Source: Promethearchaeota archaeon Loki_b32
GTDB taxonomy: Archaea; Asgardarchaeota; Lokiarchaeia; Sigyniarchaeales; SOKP01
Assembly (NCBI GenBank): GCA_005223125.1
Contig: NJBH01000002.1
Span: 32,001 to 96,000, forward strand
Direction of reading: 5' to 3'
DNA: 64,000 nucleotides
Below, in pieces: positions 19,284 to 29,414 of this stretch. A program made the position numbers and the translations under genes. The notes under the pieces are model-generated. The model worked only from the letters and a program-made list of their open reading frames with translations. It did not search any database and had not been told where the DNA came from. Numbering within the stretch: the stretch's first letter is position 1; every line of letters begins with the position of its first letter.

Positions 19284-19697
19284 CTTTGTTGTTAAATTTA
19301 AAAAAATTGGATTGTGTTACAATAATATAATTACTTACTGATTTATCATTATCTTCTTTCTTATTTAACACTTTAGTTTCTAGTCTAAGTTAGCAAAAGA
19401 GTTAAAGCTTAAAGTTTTGAGAAGCGTAAATTTAAATAATAAAATAAGAAATTCAACATTAACAATTAAATGATTAAGAAGTGATTTAAGGTAAGATACC
19501 CAAATAAAGTAATAGAATTAATTAAGCAAATCCCTAAGGAACATTCTGGATTAAAAAAGTTAATTAAAAAAAATTACCAAAGAATAAATTTTGATAATTT
19601 AAAGGTTCCTGATAATATAAGTGATGCAATTTTATTAGAGGATTTTTATAAACAAGTAATTAATGAAATTCTTTTATCAAATCAAGACTCTTTAGAA

Positions 19698-21347
19698 TTG
19701 ATTATATATCTATCTGTGATAAATACAGAAATAGAAACTAATATGGATAGAAAATCTATCGAAACTTCATGTAAATTGCCAAATATTGAGAATGCCTTCA
19801 ATGAACTATTGGAAACAAAAATATTAAAAAATAAAGAAGGAAAAGTCGATATATATGAGTTTTCATTCCCTCAAATTCAAGTAGTGTTAGAAACACAGAC
19901 TGATGAATCATCCCATAAATATGCGCTTCAATATTATGAAGCAAAAGCTAAAAAATCAAAAGGTACTCTTCAAGATGATATTGAGGTTCTTTTTCATAAA
20001 GCAAAATTAAATCCAACTGAAGAATTGGTTAATGAATTTCTTACTATAGCTAATACCATAGATCAATTTGATTTTAGCCATAGAAGATTAATTGACATTG
20101 GGGAACAATTAATTGTACTTGAAGATAAATATAAAGCACCCATTCTGTTTGTTCTTGGAAATATTTTGTCTATTATAGGAACTCCCGAGGTTGCAGAGAA
20201 AATTTACATTAATGCCGTAGAAATATTCAAAAAGTTAGCTAAAAAATATTATAGAATATATCTTCCCTATGTTGCTGCGATTCAAAAAAACCTTGGAACA
20301 TTATATATTGATTTAAAACGGTTTGAAGAGGCAGAAAAAATATATAATGATGCACTGGGGTCATATAGAGAATTACAAAGTCAGTATTATGATGTACATT
20401 CACCTGATTTTGATTTAAAAGAGTATAATGTTATAGAAAAGTCCTATATTGATGATATAAAGGAATATAAAAAGTTGCTAAAAAAACATTACGACGTATA
20501 TTTACCCGAAGAACCTTCAGTAGTAAGTGATTTTGGAAATATATGTGTTGATTTAGACTTATTAGAGGATATTCAGGATGGGTCAATAGATTCTTTAGAC
20601 AATTATAAAAAGTTAGCGAAAATGTGTTATGATATGTATTTAGTTGACATTGCTAAAACTCAGAGTAATCTTGGAATTATATATAGTGAGTTAATGAAAT
20701 TTGAAGAAGCGGAGAAGATGCATCTTGAGGCATTAAAAATTAAAAAAAAAATTGCGGAAAATTTCCCTGATCAGGTTTTACCAGAATTAGTTCTAACATT
20801 ATTAGATCTTGGTGACTTATATGCTAGCTTAAACAGATTTGAGGAGGCAGAACCAATGTTTAATGAAGCATTAAGAATCTCAAAAAGATTAGTTGAAAAG
20901 AATCCAGAAGTATACATGTATAATATGGCAATTTTACAAAATTCACTTGGTTTAATTTACACTCAATTACAGAATTATGAGTTGGCGGAACAAATATATC
21001 TTGACGCACTTAAAATCTTTAAAAATTACGCAAAAGAAGATCCTAAAACCTATTCATTTAACGTTGGGAATGTTCAGAACAACCTTGGTAATTTATATCT
21101 CATTATAAGAAATCTTGAAAAAGCTCAACGCTATCTTAATAAGGCATTTAAGAATGATCCAACAAATATTGAAATAATATATAATATTGCTTGCCTTGAA
21201 TCGTTAAAAAATAATCAAGTAAAGGCTTTAGAGTTATTAACGAAAGTAATAGAGCTTGATAAAAGATATCTTGAAAGAGCAATGATGGATGATAGATTTG
21301 ATGATATTCGAGACTTAAACGAATTTAAGGAATTAATCAGTGATTAA
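19698..21347 (+). CDS. TPR-repeat protein; the true start is probably further upstream (see findings)
   Basis: Repeated NLG.LY....RFEEAE..Y..AL motifs; C-terminal YNIACLESL..AL..L..AI.LD. Confidence 0.85.
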   Translation: MIIYLSVINTEIETNMDRKSIETSCKLPNIENAFNELLETKILKNKEGKVDIYEFSFPQIQVVLETQTDESSHKYALQYYEAKAKKSKGTLQDDIEVLFHKAKLNPTEELVNEFLTIANTIDQFDFSHRRLIDIGEQLIVLEDKYKAPILFVLGNILSIIGTPEVAEKIYINAVEIFKKLAKKYYRIYLPYVAAIQKNLGTLYIDLKRFEEAEKIYNDALGSYRELQSQYYDVHSPDFDLKEYNVIEKSYIDDIKEYKKLLKKHYDVYLPEEPSVVSDFGNICVDLDLLEDIQDGSIDSLDNYKKLAKMCYDMYLVDIAKTQSNLGIIYSELMKFEEAEKMHLEALKIKKKIAENFPDQVLPELVLTLLDLGDLYASLNRFEEAEPMFNEALRISKRLVEKNPEVYMYNMAILQNSLGLIYTQLQNYELAEQIYLDALKIFKNYAKEDPKTYSFNVGNVQNNLGNLYLIIRNLEKAQRYLNKAFKNDPTNIEIIYNIACLESLKNNQVKALELLTKVIELDKRYLERAMMDDRFDDIRDLNEFKELISD

Positions 21348-21463
21348 CATTTCTAATAAATTAAAATCATATCCAATCGATTTAAAATTTAAATAAAAAG
21401 TTAAATTACAGTTACCATCCAAAAAAGATAAAATCTCATAATTAAAATAATAGGTATTGAAAA

Positions 21464-21691
21464 TTGAAAAAGAAAAATATAGGATTTATATTGTTTGGAG
21501 CCGCAGGAGGAGAACTTTTATCAATATTTGCATCTCTTTTTATGTTTCCAAGGTATTATGAACAGATTGGAATGCCAACATCGGTGTCGAGAATTGCGAT
21601 CATTTCTATACTAACAGTTAGCATAGTAGTTAGTATTGTTCTTGTTTGTGCAGGGGTAATTGTATTAATAAAATTCCGTAAAGAAGATTAA
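21464..21691 (+). CDS. Small two-TM membrane protein
   Basis: Two hydrophobic segments; AGGT-like SD upstream of TTG. Confidence 0.55.
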   Translation: MKKKNIGFILFGAAGGELLSIFASLFMFPRYYEQIGMPTSVSRIAIISILTVSIVVSIVLVCAGVIVLIKFRKED

Positions 21692-21784
21692 GAAAAAGAA
21701 AGTAATTATGAGACATCATTCAGACACAAATGTATAAAAATTAACTTATCATTAATATACATGCAATAAAATTGAGGTGATAAT

Positions 21785-22219
21785 ATGCCAAGAGTTGAAA
21801 TTGAAGATGATATGAACGCATCAGCAAAGACTATTTATGATATTTTAATCAATGGTGATGAATATGAAGTCAAATGGAACTTAACTGCAAATGAATTAAA
21901 ATCAATTGGACCAAAAAAATGGGAAGTTAAAAGTACAATAGGAGATCTCATATCTACACGTGTAGAAGAGGTTGAAAATGAAAGAGTTTCATTAGATATA
22001 GAAGGATCTATCTTTACTAAAATGGGATATATATTAAAACAAAAGGGCGATATTTGTCACGTTGTAGGATGGGGAGAATTTGAACATGAAAAGAACAGGA
22101 AAATTTTAATATCCGCAGGAGGTATGCTCCTAGATAGTCTAAAGAGATTTGCTGAATTTATGGAAGAAGGTGGAGATCCAGAAAATTTCGATAAAAAAGC
22201 ATTAACTGTAACTCCTTAA
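21785..22219 (+). CDS. SRPBCC/START-like (polyketide cyclase-type) protein
   Basis: N-terminal strand plus 'NASAKTIYDIL', C-terminal helix LDSLKRFAEFMEEGG; SD GAGGTGA. Confidence 0.65.
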   Translation: MPRVEIEDDMNASAKTIYDILINGDEYEVKWNLTANELKSIGPKKWEVKSTIGDLISTRVEEVENERVSLDIEGSIFTKMGYILKQKGDICHVVGWGEFEHEKNRKILISAGGMLLDSLKRFAEFMEEGGDPENFDKKALTVTP

Positions 22220-22312
22220 ATCTTTTTTTTATATTTTTATTCCTCTTAATAATAAAGAATAATAGTACAATTTAGAAATTTCATAAAAGTTAAGAATTGA
22301 AATTAAAAGAAG

Positions 22313-24460
22313 TCATTTTAACTCTAATTTGTTTTCACAATAGGGACAATGAAGTGGTAATTCCTCATCGCATGTTTCCAATTCTTCATTACTTAGAATA
22401 TTCTTCCAACAGATTAGTTTATCTCCTTTTTGAACCATATCTCTACCATGGTGTTGTGGAATAATGTCTTTAGTTTGACAATTATCACATATAATAATTA
22501 TAGCTTCGCTTTCTATCTTTTCTGTAGAAATCTCTTTATATAGGAATCTGTATCGGAAAATTGTAAGACTATTTATCAGAATTGCGAGAGATAAACCCAT
22601 GTCACCTATTCCTACCGCGAGCCAGAGAGTCATAAAACCAATAACCGTCAATATAGCAAATGATACTTTCACTAAAATTGAAGTCCAGATATTCTGTTTG
22701 ATTTTTGTATTTGTTTTTTTAGCGATATCAACATAAGTAAGTATCTTCTTCAGGTCGTCACCAATAACGATAATGTCAGCAGTTTCTAATGTAATATCTG
22801 TAGCTGAGGCTCCAATTGCAATTCCCAAATCAGCTAAGGCTAAGGCAGGAGCATCATTTATACCATCACCAACCATAGCCACTCCCTTATATTTTTGCTT
22901 TAAATTCTTTATTTCTTGTAGTTTTTGATCTGGTAAATGTTCACCATATGCTTTGTCTATATCTAAACAGGCTCCAATTGAATTACATACCATTTGATTG
23001 TCACCAGAAATTAGTAATGTTTCATATCCTCTCCTTTTTAAACCATTTATGAGAATGGGGGCAGTCACTCTTAAAACGTCCCTAATTGAGATGATCCCTA
23101 ATAAACGGTGTTGATTTCCAAGTAAGATAGGTATTGTTCCAGAAGATTCAATATTTTGAATATCATCAATAGGAAGTTCATAGTTCAATTCTTTCATAAA
23201 ATTATAGCTTCCAACATAGAATATTTCTCCATTTATCTTGCCTTTTATACCTTTTCCTTTTATAACTTCAAAATCGTCTACTGGTTGAAAAACTAATTTC
23301 ATTTCTTTCGCTTGGTTTACTATTGCTTTACCAATGGGATGTTCCGAAAGAGATTCTAAACTCGCAGCAATATTTATAATACCCTGTTTATTAGCATCAT
23401 TATAAGAGAAAATATCAAATATTTTTAATTTTCCTTCAGTAAGAGTACCTGTCTTATCAAATGCAAAAGCCTCAATATCTTGTATCTTTTCAATAAACTT
23501 ATTCCCCTTAACTAATATACCTTCTCTTGCTAGTTTTGTTAGAGAGGCGATATTTGCTAACGGTGTAGATAGGGTTAAAGCACATGGGCAGGAAACGACT
23601 AATAGAATTAAACCACGATAAAACCAATCAACAAATTTTAAACCAAATAAAGGAGGGATTGTCATTATTAAAATTGAAGATAACAAGATAATTGGTGTGT
23701 AGTATTTAGCAAATTTTTCAATAAATTTTTCATGTTCACTTTTATTTTGTTGGGCAATTTTCACACTTTCAGCAATTTGAGCGACAATGGTATTAGTGCT
23801 TACTCTTGTGACTTCAATATCTATGAAACTATCCGAATTTAAGCTAGCAGCAAATACCTCATCACCTTCATTTTTGAAAACTGGAACAGATTCACCTGTG
23901 ATTGCACTTTCATCTAAATAGGAACTTCCCTTTATGATGATACCATCTAGTGGCACTTTCATCCCAGGCTTTATTCCAACAGTTTCACCTATTCTTACAT
24001 CTTTTGATGGAATACTCTTGTATCCATTTTTAGTTTTTAATAATGCATCATCTGGAGCAAGTTCAAGTAATTCTTTAATAGCATTTCTTGATTTGTCAGT
24101 GGTTATCTCTTCTAATCTTTCTGCTATTGCATATAATAATAAAGCTGTTGCTCCCTCTTGTCCATGAAATATGAAAAATGAAGCAATACCAGCTATTAAC
24201 ATCAATAAATTAGCGGTAATCTTTTTTTCGCTTATATCTTCTATAGCCTCTTTAACGACTCCAGAACTAGAAAGAAATATTGACGCTATTGCAAGGATCT
24301 GAGCAATTAACACATTTTCAAAAACAAATTCTAAAAGCATTGATATCCCGAGTAAAATCGCTGCTGGAATAATAAAATACCAAAAATTCTCTTCAAAAAA
24401 TGATTCTTGTTCAAATTCTTCTTCTTCACAAATAGATGATGAACATGCGATTGTAGTAAT
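22313..24460 (-). CDS. zntA: Heavy-metal P1B-type ATPase (Zn/Cd/Pb ZntA/CadA-like); probable ATT start upstream of the called ATG at 24340
   Basis: TGES, SCPC, DKTGTLT, SEHP, GDGINDAP. The frame stays open 41 codons upstream, to a TGA inside the SD AGGTGA. Confidence 0.88.
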   Translation of the reverse strand: MTTIACSSSICEEEEFEQESFFEENFWYFIIPAAILLGISMLLEFVFENVLIAQILAIASIFLSSSGVVKEAIEDISEKKITANLLMLIAGIASFFIFHGQEGATALLLYAIAERLEEITTDKSRNAIKELLELAPDDALLKTKNGYKSIPSKDVRIGETVGIKPGMKVPLDGIIIKGSSYLDESAITGESVPVFKNEGDEVFAASLNSDSFIDIEVTRVSTNTIVAQIAESVKIAQQNKSEHEKFIEKFAKYYTPIILLSSILIMTIPPLFGLKFVDWFYRGLILLVVSCPCALTLSTPLANIASLTKLAREGILVKGNKFIEKIQDIEAFAFDKTGTLTEGKLKIFDIFSYNDANKQGIINIAASLESLSEHPIGKAIVNQAKEMKLVFQPVDDFEVIKGKGIKGKINGEIFYVGSYNFMKELNYELPIDDIQNIESSGTIPILLGNQHRLLGIISIRDVLRVTAPILINGLKRRGYETLLISGDNQMVCNSIGACLDIDKAYGEHLPDQKLQEIKNLKQKYKGVAMVGDGINDAPALALADLGIAIGASATDITLETADIIVIGDDLKKILTYVDIAKKTNTKIKQNIWTSILVKVSFAILTVIGFMTLWLAVGIGDMGLSLAILINSLTIFRYRFLYKEISTEKIESEAIIIICDNCQTKDIIPQHHGRDMVQKGDKLICWKNILSNEELETCDEELPLHCPYCENKLELK

Positions 24461-24478
24461 AATTTCTCACCTATGTAA

Positions 24479-24499
24479 TAATTGGATATAATTCAATTA
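24479..24499. promoter_or_regulatory. Imperfect palindrome upstream of the P1B ATPase (possible ArsR/SmtB-type operator)
   Basis: TAATTG-N9-CAATTA just upstream of the SD. Confidence 0.3.
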
Positions 24500-24641
24500 G
24501 AATTTACCATTTATAGAGTATAAAAGAATAAATCTCTTTATGAACTCTATTAATGATTTTTCTATAATATTTTTATTTTATATAAAAAGTTATTAAATTA
24601 AAAAAATTACGCGCTAATTCCTCAATGTTATAGTAAAAATT

Positions 24642-25535
24642 TTATTTTATAACATAAACAAGCTTTTGACCTTCTTGTTCTTCAAGGTTTAATTCTCGTC
24701 TGATAGCATTTCGGATTAAATACCCTCCAATATGAAGTATTGAATCCTTTAGAATGGAATCTTGGTCCATTGAAGCGTTGCAGGGATAAGCATGATGTGC
24801 CTTACTTATCCTTTCATTCAAAGAAAGGTCTCCACTTTTTCCATTTTTAAAATATTTAGCTTTTAATTGTTGACAAACATAATAGGAGCTTCCACAGGGG
24901 GCTGTTTGCAACACACAGGTGTCTTCAATTGATTCTCCATCTTTGCTTAATAAGAAAAAGACAATAGGTACTCCTACTTTAAAATAATCAATGAATTCAT
25001 AAACAAAATTATGTTCTTTAGTTAAATGAAAACCGATTTTATTGTATTCGTCTTGTTCTTTACTTAGTGAACAAAAAGGTTTAGGAAAAGCTGCTTGTAT
25101 ACCAAATTTCTCGAATTCTTCTAATACTTGAACTTGAAGCCCAGCAGGCACCCATTTAGGATCCTCTATTGGAACGATTACAGCCTTAACTTCTTTATCA
25201 TTCAAATAAGATGGAAGCCCAGAGAGTAAATCTTGGTGAATTCCTACAACCAATACAAAGTCAACTGGAGGGAGATTTTTAGGCAAGTAATCTTCTGGTT
25301 CTTCAATAAACTCAGGAACATTTTCTCCTACTTTTTCATAATAATAGATTGAATTTGCATGACTTTTCATATACTCACGACATTTATCACATTTTACATT
25401 TTGTTCTAAATCTTCGCAAGCTTTACAGAATTCCTCATTATTAATGAGATTGCCAACAAATTTTTGAGTTAACATCTCTGTCTCTGGGCCAATACCATAG
25501 AACACTCCTAATTTATAAGTTTTCTCAATCATCAT
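24642..25535 (-). CDS. DUF166 family protein
   Basis: GIHQDL, FPKPFCSL, TAPCGSSYYV, AHHAYPCNASM, LHIGG. Confidence 0.8.
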   Translation of the reverse strand: MMIEKTYKLGVFYGIGPETEMLTQKFVGNLINNEEFCKACEDLEQNVKCDKCREYMKSHANSIYYYEKVGENVPEFIEEPEDYLPKNLPPVDFVLVVGIHQDLLSGLPSYLNDKEVKAVIVPIEDPKWVPAGLQVQVLEEFEKFGIQAAFPKPFCSLSKEQDEYNKIGFHLTKEHNFVYEFIDYFKVGVPIVFFLLSKDGESIEDTCVLQTAPCGSSYYVCQQLKAKYFKNGKSGDLSLNERISKAHHAYPCNASMDQDSILKDSILHIGGYLIRNAIRRELNLEEQEGQKLVYVIK

Positions 25536-25631
25536 TAAAATGAAATAAATATTTGATTTTATTTGTATTTTTAATACTTTATAAAAAATATATTACTTTG
25601 GCTGAACATGTTCAATTTCGATTAACTCTAG

Positions 25632-25952
25632 GTTAAAATCAAGTTTACGAAATTAGCAGTCGATCCAATCAAAATTCCTGATCCTGCTCCAGATTTCTTC
25701 ACATCATTAGAAAAACTGAACCAAAAAGGAAAACATAAGAGAGATAAAAGTTATATAAAAATTTTATTACCTCTTGCAAAAATGACTAAAGATGATGTAG
25801 TAAAATTAGGGAAAAATTTGAATGTCCCTTTTAAATGGACTTGGAGCTGCTCCAGTGATGGAAAACAGCCTTGTGGCAAATATTCTTCCTGTCGAAAAAG
25901 AGATGAAGCTTTTATTAATCTCAGCTATACCCAACCAAACTTTTCTTTGTAA
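25632..25952 (+). pseudogene. queC: 5'-truncated 7-cyano-7-deazaguanine synthase (QueC) remnant
   Basis: Manual translation ...PDFFTSLE...ILLPLAKMTKDDVVKLGKNLNVPFKWTWSCSSDGKQPCGKYSSCRKRDEAF. The N-terminal SGGxDS domain is absent and one Zn-ligand Cys is replaced by Tyr. Confidence 0.8.
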
Positions 25953-26062
25953 TGAATCTATCTTTGATATTACATTTTTTTATTTTAATGAGGAAAGTTA
26001 TTAAAATCAAAAATAATATCTTATACATAAAATTCTCAAAAATCAAAAAACAATAAAATCAA

Positions 26063-26719
26063 ATGATTGAGACTGATGATTTAGCAGTAAAGGGAGATTA
26101 TCATGACATCCTCGTGGTATGTCCCACCTGTAAAGCTAAAAAGGAATTAAAGATCCCTATTAAAATTATTAATCAAGCGAAACAATTAACAACTGTTTCT
26201 ATTCCTGCGGGAGCAGTATGTGAACATAGTTTTCAAACTTTTGTAGACAAAAATTTTATTGTTCGTGGCTACCAAATAGTTGATTTTGAATTCTCTCATA
26301 TGGAATTTTATGAAAGTAGTGATACTGAATTAGGAGAAACTGATGATCCTACTTCTAAACTTAGCTCACAGCAGTTATTTCAAGATATTATAAGTTTATT
26401 ACGTGGTTATGTAGATGATAAAGAAATCCTCGGTAGTGGGATGTTTACTGTGGATGGACACGTATTATATTCATCTCTTCCAAGCAATACATTATTTTCA
26501 ATAATAAAAGAGTTTGAAGTTCGTAGTGAGAAGAAATTAAGTAGTTTAAAGAAAATGTACTTAGAATTAGAAAATGATCAAAAAATATGCTCTAATTATA
26601 TTGAAATACAAGAAATGAGGTTCGCTCTTGTTTTATTTTTCTCTCAAACTGTTAAATTGGGAATGGGAAATCTCTATTTAAACGATTTAGTGAAGAAAAT
26701 TAGGAAGTTGGAAAACTAG
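26063..26719 (+). CDS. Zn-binding (CxxC...CxH) domain fused to a roadblock/profilin-like domain
   Basis: CPTC...CEHSFQTFVDKNFIVRGY; C-terminal ILGSGMFTVDGHVLYSSLP...KLGMGNLYL. Confidence 0.6.
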   Translation: MIETDDLAVKGDYHDILVVCPTCKAKKELKIPIKIINQAKQLTTVSIPAGAVCEHSFQTFVDKNFIVRGYQIVDFEFSHMEFYESSDTELGETDDPTSKLSSQQLFQDIISLLRGYVDDKEILGSGMFTVDGHVLYSSLPSNTLFSIIKEFEVRSEKKLSSLKKMYLELENDQKICSNYIEIQEMRFALVLFFSQTVKLGMGNLYLNDLVKKIRKLEN

Positions 26720-26878
26720 ACTATTTTTTATATGAGGTACTTCCTTTGTAGTTGTCATCTATTCTATTTAGAAATTCTATTTTGATAGATTCCTCAGATA
26801 AGTATTGATAAATAGTTATAAATAGGGCTATAATTATGTGATTTATAAGAGTACAAATTTGAACATTGAATTCTAGAA

Positions 26879-27715
26879 ATGGATCTGCAGAAAATAAGAA
26901 GTAGAATGATCAGAGACTTAAAAGAACAAATTCCAGAAATTCATGATGATAATATTAAAATTACGGAATTACCTGGTAAGAAAAACTCTGTAATTAATGT
27001 AGTGTTTGATAAAAAACCTTCTAAATTACCAAAAGAAGTAGTAATTAAAATTTTTCGAACGAATAATGTTGTTCCTGAAATAAATATCTTAAACAGATTA
27101 AAAAACCAAAATTTTCATGTTCCAAGTATTTTATTTTTTCAAAATCCTTATTTGATCCTTGAAAAAGTGAAAGGTACAAACTTATGCGATTTTATAAATG
27201 AGAAATTAAAAGGTACTCAACAATTAGATGATTTAGATCCAGAGTTAAAAAGACAGATTATCCAGAGTATAGAAAGACTTGCTGAATATCTTGCTCAAGT
27301 ACATGAAAAGAATTTTGTTCGTAAAAGATATAAGGTAAAAAAGAAATATGTGCTGTGTAAAGGTGACACTAGACTTAAAGATTTCATTTATGATTCTGTA
27401 AATGATATATTATACGGCGTTGATTTTGAAGATGCATATGAAGGTAATCATATGGACGATCTCGCATGGATTTGTACTTCTCTTCTCGATACTGACCCAG
27501 GACTCTTTGAACTGGAGGAACCCAAACATAAAATAGACCTAATAAATATTTTTCTAAAAAAATATTATCGTTGTAATCCAAAATTTCCTTTTGATTTTAA
27601 CTACTTGGCAGAGAGAATAATAGAAAATGTAAATATAGTTATAGAAAGAAGAAATCTTCCATATGGCGTAGTTAGTAAAGATAAACTTATTAAGGATATA
27701 TCTAAAGAAATTTAG
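26879..27715 (+). CDS. Atypical protein kinase / phosphotransferase (Bud32/RIO/APH-like)
   Basis: VVIKIF, helix-C Glu, LILEKVKG, catalytic loop KGDTRLKDF, GVDFED. Confidence 0.8.
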   Translation: MDLQKIRSRMIRDLKEQIPEIHDDNIKITELPGKKNSVINVVFDKKPSKLPKEVVIKIFRTNNVVPEINILNRLKNQNFHVPSILFFQNPYLILEKVKGTNLCDFINEKLKGTQQLDDLDPELKRQIIQSIERLAEYLAQVHEKNFVRKRYKVKKKYVLCKGDTRLKDFIYDSVNDILYGVDFEDAYEGNHMDDLAWICTSLLDTDPGLFELEEPKHKIDLINIFLKKYYRCNPKFPFDFNYLAERIIENVNIVIERRNLPYGVVSKDKLIKDISKEI

Positions 27716-27809
27716 TCTTTATTTTTATTTTCAAAAAATCAAAATTTAATAATACTAACACTATTATTTTATAAAATTTTAATAAAACAATTTTAAATGT
27801 GAAATTAGT

Positions 27810-28556
27810 ATGAGCATTACTGATACGAAAAGTTCGCTCAAAAAAATACTCTCAATTATTGAAGAGCTAAATGGATTAAATTCAGATTCAATTCCAAAAT
27901 TACAAACTCAACCAACTAATTTGCTCGAACAAATTGGAAAATTTGAGGAAGTTAAGGCTAATGATCTAAGTAGTATTGAAGCTAACGATGATGAAATTAA
28001 TTCATTAAAAAACAAGATTTCTCAGAATCAACGAGATATTGCCTCATTAGAAGAAAGTAATTCAGAGCTAACAAGACAACGTCAAACACTTCTTGATAAG
28101 ATTCAGGATGCACAAAATGAACTAAGTGAAACTCAAGGAAAAATAATAGCGCGAAGAGAGGAATTAGCAACTCGTAGCAGTCGTCTAGACGAATTAGAAA
28201 ATCGACTTGTAGAACTAAAAGATATTCAAGAGAAATTTGATAATAAAATGAAAGAACTTGAAACTCAACTTCGAGGTGAATATAATAAAAAAGAGAAATT
28301 TAGTAATTCATACGCTATGCGAGCAGCAGCTATGAAATCTTTGATAAAAGCTGGCTATATACAATCTGCCCAATTAAAACTTATACAAGCATTGCAACCT
28401 AATACTACTCTTGAGCTAAGGGGCATTGTTCAAGGTTTGGGTTTAAGGGAAGATGTGGCAAAAAGTATACTAACAAAAATGGTTCAAAAAAATGGGCCAA
28501 TTGAATATGATGAAGCAACGGGAACAGTAACATTAAATGGGGAGGTTGATTTCTAA
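27810..28556 (+). CDS. Long coiled-coil protein with C-terminal winged-helix-like domain
   Basis: Heptad-rich E/K/L/Q region; C-terminal LKLIQAL...LRGIVQGLGL.EDVAKSILTKM...IEYDEATGTVTL. Confidence 0.7.
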   Translation: MSITDTKSSLKKILSIIEELNGLNSDSIPKLQTQPTNLLEQIGKFEEVKANDLSSIEANDDEINSLKNKISQNQRDIASLEESNSELTRQRQTLLDKIQDAQNELSETQGKIIARREELATRSSRLDELENRLVELKDIQEKFDNKMKELETQLRGEYNKKEKFSNSYAMRAAAMKSLIKAGYIQSAQLKLIQALQPNTTLELRGIVQGLGLREDVAKSILTKMVQKNGPIEYDEATGTVTLNGEVDF

Positions 28557-29284
28557 TGGGGTCACAAGAAATTTTGGCATTAATTGAACAATTTGAGACT
28601 GCTTATGATACTTATTGGCAAGTTCTGCAAAAACATAACGAAGATGTTCTTTCTCAATTAAGAGAAGCATGGCGTTATATGCAAGCTGAACAAAAAGAAG
28701 AGGAAGGTATTAAAGAGAAATTATCTACTCAAAATTCAGAATTAACAGAATTAAGGACAAAGTCAGAAGAATTAGATAGAACCATGGAAGGATTAAAGGG
28801 AAAAAAAGATGAGTTAAATTCTAAAATTGCTGAATTAACAAATACATTAGAAACTAGTGTTAATGATTTAAAAAAGCCTGCATTTGAACTTACTCAACTT
28901 GAAGAAAAGCTTAGTGCTGTAAATGAAAAAATTACAGGCAAAGAAGGAGAAAAAACTGCACTGGATCAAAAAACAGTTGAGAACGAAAACCGAGAAGTAG
29001 AATTAAACAATACTTATCAGAAAAAAATAGATGAACTAGAAGGCAAAATTGATCAATTAAGACAAGCGAATTTCTTTACGTCCTTTTTAATTGAGAATTC
29101 AGACGAGGAAATTATAGAAGTAGATATCATTGCTACTATCATGGATAAGGGAGAGGCAAAATTAGATGACTTAAAGAAACTTCTTGATGTTCCACCAATA
29201 ATGGCAGTTAGAACTATTAAACAACTAGCAGTTAAGGGAATACTTAATCTCGACGAGAATAGCGGTAAGGTAACTTTACCCTAA
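28556..29284 (+). CDS. Long coiled-coil protein with C-terminal winged-helix domain
   Basis: Heptad repeats; C-terminal VDIIATIMDKGEAKLDDLKKLLDVPPIMAVRTIKQLAVKGILNLD; TAATG overlap with the upstream gene. Confidence 0.72.
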   Translation: MGSQEILALIEQFETAYDTYWQVLQKHNEDVLSQLREAWRYMQAEQKEEEGIKEKLSTQNSELTELRTKSEELDRTMEGLKGKKDELNSKIAELTNTLETSVNDLKKPAFELTQLEEKLSAVNEKITGKEGEKTALDQKTVENENREVELNNTYQKKIDELEGKIDQLRQANFFTSFLIENSDEEIIEVDIIATIMDKGEAKLDDLKKLLDVPPIMAVRTIKQLAVKGILNLDENSGKVTLP

Positions 29285-29414
29285 TTTGTTATTTTTTTAT
29301 TCTTTTTATTTTAATTTCCTTTTTTTCAACAGTAATCTTTTTTTTAAAATCATAATTAGTGAAAAAAAGAAGATTTTTTTTATTAGAATTTTGAAATAAA
29401 GAGGTAAATAAATA

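Noticed and set aside
27810-29284. SMC or ESCRT-III/CdvB annotation for the coiled-coil pair
   Set aside because: No Walker motifs or hinge, and no recognisable Snf7 helical pattern
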